A stretch of DNA of 64,000 nt from Candidatus Bathyarchaeota archaeon (GCA_963739305.1 CAVTZU010000011.1:1-64000), one strand, 5' to 3'; counted from the stretch's first letter, positions 10,556 to 20,197 are shown. Numbers and translations are program-made. The notes: generated by a model not told the origin, from the letters alone.

Positions 10556-11432
10556 ATGAACCGTCCTGTGAATCGCGAGATATTGCGGGCATTTTTCTTG
10601 TTAACGATCCTGTGTGTCAGTGCCCTTCCGCTAACCTTACGATCTGCGCACGCTGATTCTCCTTACTCAATTGCCGTCACGGAATTTCGTTGGACCAGTT
10701 TTCCGCTGAAGGTCTACGTTGAAATGAACCAGTATAGCATTTCTGACTACGCTCAATCCGTACGCGAGGCACTCGACAACTGGGCGAAAAGCATCTGGAA
10801 CTACTCGCAGACTTATCACGACACCTCGTTGCCTCTCCTAACCTACCTTCTATACCTGAGCAACGTCAACGCCACAAGCACGTACGACGTGCACTTAACC
10901 TTCGTACCGGACACGATTCCTCCGGGCACCAACGTCGTCGGCTTGACCAACTATGATTGGAACGCCTCCACCTCCGAACCGATACCGCCCATAAACATAA
11001 CCGTCACAACCTTTTCCCACAACGCCACCAACCTGTACGTAAAAAACGTGGTAATGCACGAATTTGGACACGCACTCGGACTGGGACACGCTTCCCAAGT
11101 CAACACCTCAGACGGGCCAGAACTGATGTACATATGGTTCCTCCAAGAAACAGCCCATCTATCCATCAACACTCGACATATACGCACTAACTCGACTTTA
11201 CGCAGGAGAATATGACCACATCATCCAGCTCCCACAAGACATTCCATACATAATGCTCAGCGAAGGAGAAATTCCCACTGGACAGATAAACCCCCAAGGA
11301 AATCAAAACCAATACCTACTCATCTTGATCGCAGTTTCGGCAGCAACAATAGCAGGAATAACACTGATTCTAGTCAGGAAGAAAAGAAAGCATGAAGAAA
11401 CAGCAACGCAACCTCAGGTTCTACCGCCATGA
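10556..11432 (+). CDS. Membrane-anchored matrixin-like (M10) zinc metalloprotease, frameshifted near 11132
   Basis: HEFGHALGLGH and Met-turn ELMY; the shifted frame continues PSTLDIYALTRLY...TM helix RKKRK to TGA at 11430-11432. Confidence 0.8.
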
Positions 11433-11537
11433 TGATCGCAAGCGCGCGCATAGAGGGGCGGGTCTGGATCGTGCAACCTGTAAACACTTATTAAGACTCA
11501 TCCTGAGTAACAAATCAATAGAGTTTGGGGGGAGAAC

Positions 11538-12005
11538 TTGTCACAAGCAAAGGCAATTCTAGAATTTGATGGTCCGCATTTCACGCTTAGGCTTTATGAA
11601 AACTGGCTTTGGATAGACCTTAGGGGCAACACTAAGAACGAGATTGTTGAAGCGCTCGAGAACAAGCCAGTCCTAAGACAATCAATAGGCAATATCCTCG
11701 ACATATTTGCTCCATTGCACATACATCTGAGCGATATAGACTCGGTGCATTTGGATAGCGCTGGGAAGGTCAAACTAGTCCTTCCCCGCCACAGAGACGT
11801 CACTATTCCGCTTGCAGTGAACGAAGCAAAAACGCTTGTGGACACGCTGAATCCGCTAATTGCCAAGGAAAAAGAAAAAGAAGCCCAACGCGTCAAAGAA
11901 GAACGAAAGGTCGCCGTTAGGCGCGATAGGTTATACGGTGCTATCCTAGGCCTAGGCATTGCTTTAGCGGGGCTTTTCGGTTACCTTATAGGTTCTGCGC
12001 GCTAG
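11538..12005 (+). CDS. Hypothetical protein, PH-like fold with C-terminal TM helix
   Basis: Beta-rich core (HIHLSDIDSVHLD), charged helix, C-terminal hydrophobic segment. Confidence 0.65.
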   Translation: MSQAKAILEFDGPHFTLRLYENWLWIDLRGNTKNEIVEALENKPVLRQSIGNILDIFAPLHIHLSDIDSVHLDSAGKVKLVLPRHRDVTIPLAVNEAKTLVDTLNPLIAKEKEKEAQRVKEERKVAVRRDRLYGAILGLGIALAGLFGYLIGSAR

Positions 12006-12107
12006 GCAGGGTTTAAAGCGCGCGCTATATTGTGATGAAATCCAAAATCATATATCCGTTCTCCGCACAGAATCTGCTTGTCACAATCAAGGTTTAGGGG
12101 TTTATTT

Positions 12108-12788
12108 ATGGGAAAGCTGACGATGGAAGACGTGTTTAAAGCCATGGCTAAACCATTACCCGAATTTGAGCTCAAGCCAGGCAAAACCGCTCTGCTTCTA
12201 ATTGACTTCCAGAAACTCGTGGGTTCCGAGGGACTTCTCACTGAAGCCTCGAAAGCTGGACTCCCTGAAACGGGAGTGAAAGAGGCTCTTCAAGAATACG
12301 AGCAGCGGGTCAGAAAAGTCGTGAAGAACGCGCAGAGAATACTGAAGGCCTGCAGGAAGAAGGGTTACGACATAGTGCACGTCAAGATGGGGGCGCAGAC
12401 CAGCAACCCGAGACACACGGCTAAGGTGAACAGAAAAGCCGATTTCATATTACCCATGAACGCTGAAAGAGGCAGATTCCTCGAAGAAGTGCGGCCGATC
12501 GAAGGAGAACTGGTCTTTCCTAAAACAAACGGTGGAGCCTTCACCGGCACCAACCTGGACTTCGTTCTCAGAAACATGGACATCGAAAGCCTGATCATTG
12601 CAGGCTTCTTGACCGATCAATGTGTTCTGGCAACAGCCATCGCCGGCGCGGACATAGGATACGATGTGTTATTGGTTGAGGACGCGTGCACAGCAACAAC
12701 CAAGGAGAATCAAGATGCCATAATAAGAATAACCAAAGATGTGTTTCTAAAGGCGAAATCAACCGACGAGCTCATGCGAATCCTATAA
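12108..12788 (+). CDS. Isochorismatase-family cysteine hydrolase
   Basis: Catalytic D-K-C motifs LLIDFQ, FPKTNGGAF, GFLTDQCV. Confidence 0.88.
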   Translation: MGKLTMEDVFKAMAKPLPEFELKPGKTALLLIDFQKLVGSEGLLTEASKAGLPETGVKEALQEYEQRVRKVVKNAQRILKACRKKGYDIVHVKMGAQTSNPRHTAKVNRKADFILPMNAERGRFLEEVRPIEGELVFPKTNGGAFTGTNLDFVLRNMDIESLIIAGFLTDQCVLATAIAGADIGYDVLLVEDACTATTKENQDAIIRITKDVFLKAKSTDELMRIL

Positions 12789-12898
12789 AATGCGTGATGC
12801 ATCTTCGAACCCGACTCAAAACACGCTTTTGGAATCGCGGGAAAAAAATCTTATATCAAACATTCCGGCTCTCTTTCACAGAACGAGGTAAGTGAACT

Positions 12899-13435
12899 TT
12901 GCCGAAAAACAAGAAAGCCGAGGATCTTCAAAACCTCCTGAACTCAACGATGGAAATGTGGGCAGCAATGGTCGGCAGCATCGTCGCCGAAGTCGTTGAA
13001 AAATATGGAGATGAAGGAAGGAAAATCGTCAAGAAAGCATCCTACAAAGTTGGCAAGTGGCAAGCTGAAGAAATCGCGAAAAACTTAACCTTAACCAAGA
13101 AAGGCGCGAAGGCACTTGCTAAGTATGGATATCCAACCGAAGGAGCAAATGTGGGCGATATTGCCGTTTTCCGACTTGAACACGCAAGGCTAGATGAAAA
13201 CCGATTTGACCTGAAAGTCAACTTCTGCCCTTACGTGGGCACATGGAAAAAGCTGGGTATACTCGACCGTGTGCCCGACCTCTGCGACCTACTCACTGAA
13301 GGCGACAACGGTGTCAGCGTCGTTTTTGCACCAAACCTGCGTATGACCTTGACCAAAGCCATGTCGAAGGGAGACGAGTACTGCATCTACTCATGGAGAG
13401 AACAGAAAAAAAGGAAAGCGGGAACACAAAAATAA
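12899..13435 (+). CDS. L-2-amino-thiazoline-4-carboxylate hydrolase-like (V4R-related) protein
   Basis: FCPYVGTWKKLG, CDLLTEGD and GDEYC cysteine pattern. Confidence 0.7.
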   Translation: MPKNKKAEDLQNLLNSTMEMWAAMVGSIVAEVVEKYGDEGRKIVKKASYKVGKWQAEEIAKNLTLTKKGAKALAKYGYPTEGANVGDIAVFRLEHARLDENRFDLKVNFCPYVGTWKKLGILDRVPDLCDLLTEGDNGVSVVFAPNLRMTLTKAMSKGDEYCIYSWREQKKRKAGTQK

Positions 13436-13518
13436 TCGTCGGCGTGCTGACTGCTCATATGTCTACATGCGCGCGAAAGCTATAAGAGCCCAGAATCAGA
13501 TTTCGTTATTGATGTCAC

Positions 13519-15048
13519 TTGAGGGGACACCTTTTCCTGCCAATCATTTTAATTTCAATCGGCATCAGCTTGCTGCCATTTGGTAGTGGAACCTGTAAAC
13601 TCTATACTGAACCTAAGACGGTAACCGTACCAGATGACTTCTCATCAATACAAGGCGCCATAGACGCTGCAAACCCCGGAGACACCGTGTACGTTCGGAA
13701 TGGAACATATTTTGAGCACTTAATCGTTAACAAGACGATCTCACTCATTGGCGAGAACAAAGACGAAACGTTCATCGACGGAAACGGTTCAACCGTGGTT
13801 CTTGGAGTTTTTGATGCGTCAAACGCAACAGTGCAAAACCTGACCGTGCAAGATGGAATGCTGGGATTGTACCTCGTCGATGCCAACTATACCAAGCTCC
13901 GAAACATCCGTTCAAGAAATAACCAATACAACTTTGATCTCATTGCATATGGCGGCATTCAAAACCTAATAGAAGACATAGACGAATCCAACACGGTTGA
14001 CGATAAGCCCATCTACTTCTGGATTAACAGAGAAAACGAGCAAGTACCAAGCGACGCGGGCTACGTGGCATTGGTCAACTGCATTAACATAACAGTCCGA
14101 GGACCTACTCTGACCAAAAACATAGATGGCATGATGCTGATAAACGTGAAGGATTGCCTAATAGAAAACGTCACTATTACGGAAACGCAAGTTCCATTAA
14201 GAACCGATGGCGTGAACAACAGCATTCTACGAAGCAATTTGGTAGCGAACAACACCGCAGGAGTCCTCTTGGTTAACTGCAACCACACGAGCTTCAACAA
14301 CAACACAGTAATGAACATTCAACAGGCGAGCGGCGTCAACTTGTTCGGCTCATTCAACACGATCAGCGGGAACACTATACTCAACAGCACCCATGATTAT
14401 TCGGGTCTCCAAATTGCAGGAGACAGCAACTTGATTACTGCGAACAAGGTAATGAACAACACTTACGGCATCAGGATTGGTTCTTCTTCGTACAATAACG
14501 TGTCTGACAACCAAATTGAAATGAATTTCTTTTCGCAACTTGAGTTCTTTAATTCTTCGTTCAACACAGTTTCTGGAAACCGAATAATCGGAAACATGTC
14601 AGGCAGCAGCTTTCAGTACGAGACGGGCATCGACCTCAACTATTACTCGGACAACAACACCATCATCGAGAACCTCATTGAAGGCAACTCTTATGGTATT
14701 CGCATAATCCAGTCAGAGTACAACCTGATCTTTCACAACAACATCGTAAACAATGTTGTCCAAGCCTACGTTATGCCCTACTCATCGATCGCCACCCACG
14801 TCTACTCCAACACTTGGGACAACGGCTATCCATCTGGCGGAAACCATTGGGGCGACTACTCAGGCGTAGACAGGAACCACGACGGCATAGGAGACACACA
14901 ATACGCCGTCTATGACGCCAACATTGACAACTATCCGTTGATAAATCCATACGTGGTGCCCGAGTTCTACTACATGATGTACCTCCCGTTGTTTGTATTC
15001 TCAACTCTTGCGGCAGCTGCAATCCAGAAAAGAAAGAAAAAAGCTTGA
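13519..15048 (+). CDS. Secreted NosD-like beta-helix protein with PEF-CTERM-type anchor
   Basis: VPDDFSSIQGAIDAANPGDTVYVRNGTY start; Asn repeats; WDNGYPSGGNHW; VPEF + TM + KRKKK. Confidence 0.88.
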   Translation: MRGHLFLPIILISIGISLLPFGSGTCKLYTEPKTVTVPDDFSSIQGAIDAANPGDTVYVRNGTYFEHLIVNKTISLIGENKDETFIDGNGSTVVLGVFDASNATVQNLTVQDGMLGLYLVDANYTKLRNIRSRNNQYNFDLIAYGGIQNLIEDIDESNTVDDKPIYFWINRENEQVPSDAGYVALVNCINITVRGPTLTKNIDGMMLINVKDCLIENVTITETQVPLRTDGVNNSILRSNLVANNTAGVLLVNCNHTSFNNNTVMNIQQASGVNLFGSFNTISGNTILNSTHDYSGLQIAGDSNLITANKVMNNTYGIRIGSSSYNNVSDNQIEMNFFSQLEFFNSSFNTVSGNRIIGNMSGSSFQYETGIDLNYYSDNNTIIENLIEGNSYGIRIIQSEYNLIFHNNIVNNVVQAYVMPYSSIATHVYSNTWDNGYPSGGNHWGDYSGVDRNHDGIGDTQYAVYDANIDNYPLINPYVVPEFYYMMYLPLFVFSTLAAAAIQKRKKKA

Positions 15049-15156
15049 ACCTCAGTTCTGCCTGATTAGTTCAATAATCTTCTGACGCCATCTCGAGTGG
15101 ACGTTGAAGTCGTCACGATGTTGGAAAAAGGAATAAGTTGTCAATATGCGCGCGCT

Positions 15157-15190
15157 ATTGTGACAGATTGTTACAGCAAAATTGTTACAA
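15157..15190 (+). repeat. Three 10-bp direct repeats ATTGT(G/T)ACA(G/A)
   Basis: ATTGTGACAG 15157, ATTGTTACAG 15167, ATTGTTACAA 15181. Confidence 0.75.
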
Positions 15191-15240
15191 AACAATGGGA
15201 ATTCACGTTAATCCTCCTACAGCGCGCGCTTTCGCGCGTT

Positions 15241-15618
15241 TCACAGGTCTCCTCGAGCTATGTGAGACAACTCATGCTCCAAAATCTCCCGCTGACTATG
15301 ATAAGGATTCTCCCGAACCAATATCACGTAATCAACGTCAACAGATTCAACCCCAGCAGACTCGCCATCACTAAATACGCATGCATCAGTGCCTCTGACC
15401 GAGAGAACCCTTCCCCATTCCTCCAGCTCCCTCCTTTCGTCCTCTCTGCACGTTCTCAACCGCATCACAACGTCAAAATCGTCATCCTCAAGCTGAAACG
15501 CCTTAACTTTCGGAAAAGGCCTATCCGTAATCGTCTTCCATATCGTAAGAAGCTGCTTCCTCGAAATCGTCTTCGTCCTGATCTTCATTCCTTCAAGCGT
15601 AATCAACGAACGTTCCAC
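15241..15618 (-). CDS. Small hypothetical protein with C-terminal HEXXH (minimal zincin-like)
   Basis: ILEHELSHIARGDL at the C-terminus, preceded by beta strand YVILVREN. Confidence 0.6.
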   Translation of the reverse strand: MERSLITLEGMKIRTKTISRKQLLTIWKTITDRPFPKVKAFQLEDDDFDVVMRLRTCREDERRELEEWGRVLSVRGTDACVFSDGESAGVESVDVDYVILVRENPYHSQREILEHELSHIARGDL

Positions 15619-15644
15619 CTTATTCCAACCAGACTACGGTACAC

Positions 15645-17285
15645 CTAGGTGGCGTTTCTAGAGCGGTTTACTACACCTGACGCATTTCGGGACAGAGCGC
15701 GATTCAAAGCGTCTACAACGTTCTGTTTCCCCATCGCCAAGATATACGGACCGAGTCTCGGACCCTGAGGGACACCTAGAAGAATCATGTAGACCGTCTT
15801 GAACAGTTTGCCCGGCTGCACATTATTCGCTTTCGCGACGTTGAATATAGCGTTCTGGATCCTATCAGGCTCTTCTTCAGCGGCCACCGCTTGAACCAGT
15901 TCCGCGATTGCCTTCCGTTCATCAACAGTCAAGTCCACCGCTGTTTCTTTTATCGCCTCAAAATCTCTAACCCAGTTTGACGCGTACTGAATACGCTTTC
16001 TTGCAGAATCATCCAGCGTTTCGTCCTGTTTCAGGTAACCGTAACTCCGAAGCTTCTCCACAATGTATGCATCTTCTCCACCCTTGGGAGCAACCTTCAC
16101 CAGGTAAGTCAAAAGGTTGTAAGGCACATGAAGACTTGGCTTTGATGGAACGTTCATGGCATAACAGTACTCGTACAGGCCACTAAGCTTCTCCTGCTCG
16201 CGCTTGTCCTTCGTCGGCTTCCTCTTGAAGTACACATCCTCTAAACTGTCCATCTCGTCCATGTAAACCGGAATATCCGTCACGGCCACCGCACGAGTAC
16301 CAACAAACCGCTTCAGCAACAACAGCATGAGAGACTGCGACGAACCATACTTAAACCACGTCTGCGGAGTCAACACTATCCCAGTCGACTTGGAAATCTT
16401 TCTGCCACCCTGAGCCAAGAAAAGCTCATACTGAGCATGAACAGGGGGCTCCCAATCAAGTATCTCCCGGCATATCCGATCGTTCACACGGACCGAGTCA
16501 GCCACATCCTTTCCGAAAGCCTCAAACCGTATGTCCAAGGCTTTCCATCGCACCGCAAACTCGCCCTTCCAGCTCAGTTTCCCCATGCCCTTCCTGTAAT
16601 CGACTTCACCCTTGTGCCCGCAACCCTCCAACCATTTTCTCCCGATTTCCATTCCCTCGCACGAGTAGAGGATCTTGTTTTCTTTCGGCAGGAAATCGTA
16701 GGCCTTCGTCGTATAGATTCGTCCACAGTTCTCGCAAACAGCAAAATAAGGCAAAGACTCAAGAAACTTCTCCTGCCCAATTTCTTCCTTAACTATTTCC
16801 CCTGCTTTCTTGGCGTTCACGAGTATCCTTTTGATTTCCTCGTTGAACAAACCGTTCTTGTAGACTTCCGTGGCGGACATAAAGGTGTAATCGATCCCAC
16901 ACTTATCAAGAGCTTCACGCAGGAGCAGGGAACTGTGTTCTCCATAGCTTCCATGGCACCCGAACAAATCTGGAATATCTGTGACAGGCCGCCCCAAATA
17001 CTCCTTCAACTGCTCAGGCATCCCAACAGGAACCTTCCTCAACCCATCCTTGTCATCGCTGAAAGCAATCAGCTCAGAACGAAAGCCTTGCTCCCGAAGC
17101 GCAAGAGTCACCGCGAAGGATCTAGCGGCGTCGCTGATGTTGCCAACGTGAGGAAGACCCGACGCGGCGATGCCCATCTCCGTCCTGATAACGCTAAGGT
17201 CTCTTCCAAGCTTCCGCTCTCGCGTGATGATCTTGGCGGCCATCTTGTCGTACCAAGTGCCGTGACCGATAGTCTTCTCACTCAT
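15645..17285 (-). CDS. lysS: Class I lysyl-tRNA synthetase
   Basis: ASGLPHVGN (HIGH-like), FEAFGKD, KISKS (KMSKS-like), GPRLGPYI. Confidence 0.95.
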   Translation of the reverse strand: MSEKTIGHGTWYDKMAAKIITRERKLGRDLSVIRTEMGIAASGLPHVGNISDAARSFAVTLALREQGFRSELIAFSDDKDGLRKVPVGMPEQLKEYLGRPVTDIPDLFGCHGSYGEHSSLLLREALDKCGIDYTFMSATEVYKNGLFNEEIKRILVNAKKAGEIVKEEIGQEKFLESLPYFAVCENCGRIYTTKAYDFLPKENKILYSCEGMEIGRKWLEGCGHKGEVDYRKGMGKLSWKGEFAVRWKALDIRFEAFGKDVADSVRVNDRICREILDWEPPVHAQYELFLAQGGRKISKSTGIVLTPQTWFKYGSSQSLMLLLLKRFVGTRAVAVTDIPVYMDEMDSLEDVYFKRKPTKDKREQEKLSGLYEYCYAMNVPSKPSLHVPYNLLTYLVKVAPKGGEDAYIVEKLRSYGYLKQDETLDDSARKRIQYASNWVRDFEAIKETAVDLTVDERKAIAELVQAVAAEEEPDRIQNAIFNVAKANNVQPGKLFKTVYMILLGVPQGPRLGPYILAMGKQNVVDALNRALSRNASGVVNRSRNAT

Positions 17286-17406
17286 ACATGACCTGGCTCT
17301 CTCATAGCATAAACGCGCAGGAAATAAAAATGTTACATCTAACAATCAATACTGACAGAAGCAAGAAACCGTATGTTAATCAAGAAAATGGAAAGGTGGA
17401 GGACTG

Positions 17407-18468
17407 CTACTTCAGTTTCGCTCCACAGTTGGGACAGAACTTTGTGCCGACGGCTGATTCTGTTCCGCACTTTGCACATTTCACTGTTCCTTGCATTGGA
17501 TTTCCGCAGTTGACGCAGAATTTCGCTGTGGTGGGATTAGGGGTTCCACACTTGGGACAGTTAACCATGGCTGCTGCCGGCTGCGCTTGTCCCTGCTGCT
17601 GCAAAGTCGTGCCGCAGTTGTTGCAGAACTTCGATGTCTGTGGGTTCTGGAAGCCGCATTTCGGGCATACGACCATGACTTGTTGGGTTCCTGCGGGTTG
17701 CCCCTGGAACAAGGGCGGAAGTATCACTGCCCCAGCCCCGATGGCCGCGCCTCCTCCTTGACTCTTTGAAAAGCTCTCAGCGGATTTCTGAACAGTCTCC
17801 ATTCTCAGAACCTCGCCTGCTCCTACTCCGGTCTTTATGTAGAACAGTCTATCTCTCCACTCGGGTGTTGTGTCGATTCCTTCAAACTTCACTTCGATCA
17901 GTTCAAGCCCAATCTTTGAGAAAGCGTCGAAGAGAACGTTCTTTGAAAGAAGACTCGTCTCGTCCAGTTTGCCGTAAACGTCTGCCAGCGAGTATTGGCT
18001 AAGGGTATCAATCAGCCTCTGGTTGAAGTAGCCTCTCAGGAAGTCTTGCAGTCCGTCTGTGGTGAAAGCTCCTTGTCCGCCGACCACTTCGTTGACGAAC
18101 AGGTTCGGTTCTTCAACTCGGAACCAGAAGCCTCCGAAGAACTTCAATGGTGCTAGCTCTTTGGTCTGACTTTGGGCTCCGAACTTGCCTTGGAATTGTT
18201 TCAGAGAAACAAAGAAGATCGTGCAGGTGAACGGAACTCTATCGAACCCAGCGATCTTTGAGAATATCTTCGTCACCAAAGGAAGATTGGCTGTTGTCAG
18301 CACGTGGCGGCCTGCCCTGAACACATCGTAAGCTTTTCCATCCCTGAAGAACACTGCAGCTTCATACTCATGGACAATGAGGTTGTCTCCCCAAGCAATT
18401 TCTTCATTTGGATAAGTCCAGACTATGTCTCCTTCTTTAGCTCCGACCCATTCAATGACTTTTGGCAA
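17407..18468 (-). CDS. SPFH/Band-7 (YdjI-like) protein with C-terminal double zinc ribbons
   Basis: LIVHEYEAAVFFRDGK..GRHVLTTANLP; six CxxC motifs at the C-terminus. Confidence 0.88.
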   Translation of the reverse strand: MPKVIEWVGAKEGDIVWTYPNEEIAWGDNLIVHEYEAAVFFRDGKAYDVFRAGRHVLTTANLPLVTKIFSKIAGFDRVPFTCTIFFVSLKQFQGKFGAQSQTKELAPLKFFGGFWFRVEEPNLFVNEVVGGQGAFTTDGLQDFLRGYFNQRLIDTLSQYSLADVYGKLDETSLLSKNVLFDAFSKIGLELIEVKFEGIDTTPEWRDRLFYIKTGVGAGEVLRMETVQKSAESFSKSQGGGAAIGAGAVILPPLFQGQPAGTQQVMVVCPKCGFQNPQTSKFCNNCGTTLQQQGQAQPAAAMVNCPKCGTPNPTTAKFCVNCGNPMQGTVKCAKCGTESAVGTKFCPNCGAKLK

Positions 18469-18508
18469 TCAATTCACCTCCCAGAAGATAGAACATTGAG
18501 AGACCAAA

Positions 18509-19045
18509 TCATGCTCCCAAACCTCGGAGAACCTCTGATCTCTCATCAATCAAACTATCGAACTCATCTATCTTGGAAATCAAAGCGTCGGCGGCTGCTC
18601 CCCACTCGTCGATTCCAGGCTGTATCTTCGACAAGCTAATGCTGTCAGTCCTGATTGCTTCGGCCTTGTCGATAAAGTTCACGTCGGTCTGAATCACCGT
18701 GTCAAGCTTGTCTTCTTTGACCTTCACAGCGTCAAACATGCCAGCATACCCTGCTACCGCCCGATCCACTCTCTGAGTTATCCTGTCAAGACGATAGGTC
18801 AACGTATCATACTTTGAAGCGTCTTCCTGAGAAAGCTTTTGAACAGCAGCGGGGTTCGTGAAGGACCGTCTTATTGATGTCTTTGCGGCCTTAAGCCTGT
18901 TGACTACCTCCATTCTCACGAGGCGATCGCTTTCGCGTCTCAGCTCCTTCTCTTTGTATCCATGGTACCCTGGAATGTAACCCATTATTCGTTCAAGTAA
19001 ACTTCTTTCGCCCTTTACTTTTCCCAAATAGTCTTTTCCGCTCAT
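18509..19045 (-). CDS. Conserved helical hypothetical protein in the SPFH operon
   Basis: Start MSGKDYLG overlaps the upstream stop; IPGYHGYKEKELRRESD motif; all-helical. Confidence 0.75.
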   Translation of the reverse strand: MSGKDYLGKVKGERSLLERIMGYIPGYHGYKEKELRRESDRLVRMEVVNRLKAAKTSIRRSFTNPAAVQKLSQEDASKYDTLTYRLDRITQRVDRAVAGYAGMFDAVKVKEDKLDTVIQTDVNFIDKAEAIRTDSISLSKIQPGIDEWGAAADALISKIDEFDSLIDERSEVLRGLGA

Positions 19046-19404
19046 TTTCTGCCCCTCATATGCGTAACTATGCCTATGACTGCGAGAACAATGACGAGCA
19101 CTCCCAGTATCGGCAAAACGTACGTCACGTTGTAGAACGCACTGATAAACGCTACTGTAATCATCACTATGCCCCAGATCAAATAGTAGCTTGACTGCGC
19201 ACCTGCTGCAAGCGAATAGACAGCTGTGTAGACGCCCCACGGTCCCAGAATCCAAGCAGGAAGAACGTACAGGTTGAAGGAGAGCAGCCCCAGTCCGTAG
19301 ATGATCGCGGCTAAACCGATAGATATCGCGACTACCGCCATGGCTCCCACGCCGTAGCTGAACATTCTACTATCAGTTTTCATTAAGATCCTCGCAGTTT
19401 TCAT
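19042..19404 (-). CDS. Four-TM membrane protein
   Basis: Four hydrophobic segments; coupled to the downstream gene. Confidence 0.75.
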   Translation of the reverse strand: MKTARILMKTDSRMFSYGVGAMAVVAISIGLAAIIYGLGLLSFNLYVLPAWILGPWGVYTAVYSLAAGAQSSYYLIWGIVMITVAFISAFYNVTYVLPILGVLVIVLAVIGIVTHMRGRK

Positions 19405-19439
19405 TTCTGCTATACAAAATCGTTGCTTTTAAAGTTTAA

Positions 19440-20192
19440 TTAAAGTATCCCAAAACCCTTCGAAGGTATATCGCCCTTAATCACCATGCCTGCCGAACCA
19501 TCCAAAATCAGCTGAAAAATCTTGCCCTTGTAATCGTACTTTATGAACCATATAGGCGCGTGCAAGTAAACGGTTTGCTCTACCTTTACCTCGGTTTTGA
19601 TATCGATGATCTTGTCGACGTCTTGTTGAGCCAGAAACCGATGATTATTTTCGATCTCAGCTTTTGCTTGTTCCTCAGCTTCGGTCTTGTCGATTTCGCT
19701 GTTGAAGACTTGGGCGAAACCTTCGATCCTGCGGAAGTCGTAGACTATCTTGCCTTCGAGCGGAACCTCATAATCCCGAGTTGGAAACTCCGATGCCTTC
19801 CTGGCCAGAACGAGCCATTCATAATCCTTTTCGATCGTCCCTTCCTTCGTAACAGCCGGAGTTATCCGTTCAAAAACTCCTTTGTAACTGCTTTTCGCTT
19901 CAACGGAAACAACCCAGAAAGGAAGATAAACTAGCTGCTTTTCGGTTATCTTTGCCTTCTTGGCCAAGTCGGGCGGCTTGAGGAAACCCTCCCGCATCCA
20001 ACTTCTGGCTGACTCCTCGACCTGAGTCTGGTCGTACCTGTTAAGCAACAGCGAATGTTGATACGTGAACGTTTGCCCAGTCTCGACAACAATGGTAAAC
20101 CCGCAGTACTTGCACGTTGCAAGAATCTCGCCAGGCTCAAACGCAATCGGCGCGCCACAATGGGGACATTTGATCTCTTCAACGACGCCCAT
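19440..20192 (-). CDS. Zinc-ribbon protein (SPFH-associated type)
   Basis: CPHCGA..CKYCG; YLPFW and HAPIWFIKYDY motifs. Confidence 0.8.
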   Translation of the reverse strand: MGVVEEIKCPHCGAPIAFEPGEILATCKYCGFTIVVETGQTFTYQHSLLLNRYDQTQVEESARSWMREGFLKPPDLAKKAKITEKQLVYLPFWVVSVEAKSSYKGVFERITPAVTKEGTIEKDYEWLVLARKASEFPTRDYEVPLEGKIVYDFRRIEGFAQVFNSEIDKTEAEEQAKAEIENNHRFLAQQDVDKIIDIKTEVKVEQTVYLHAPIWFIKYDYKGKIFQLILDGSAGMVIKGDIPSKGFGIL

Positions 20193-20197
20193 ACAGC

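Noticed and set aside
16437-17291. Long antisense ORFs (also 49028-49783, 6791-7414, 4576-5199)
   Set aside because: They are shadows of well-supported genes on the opposite strand.
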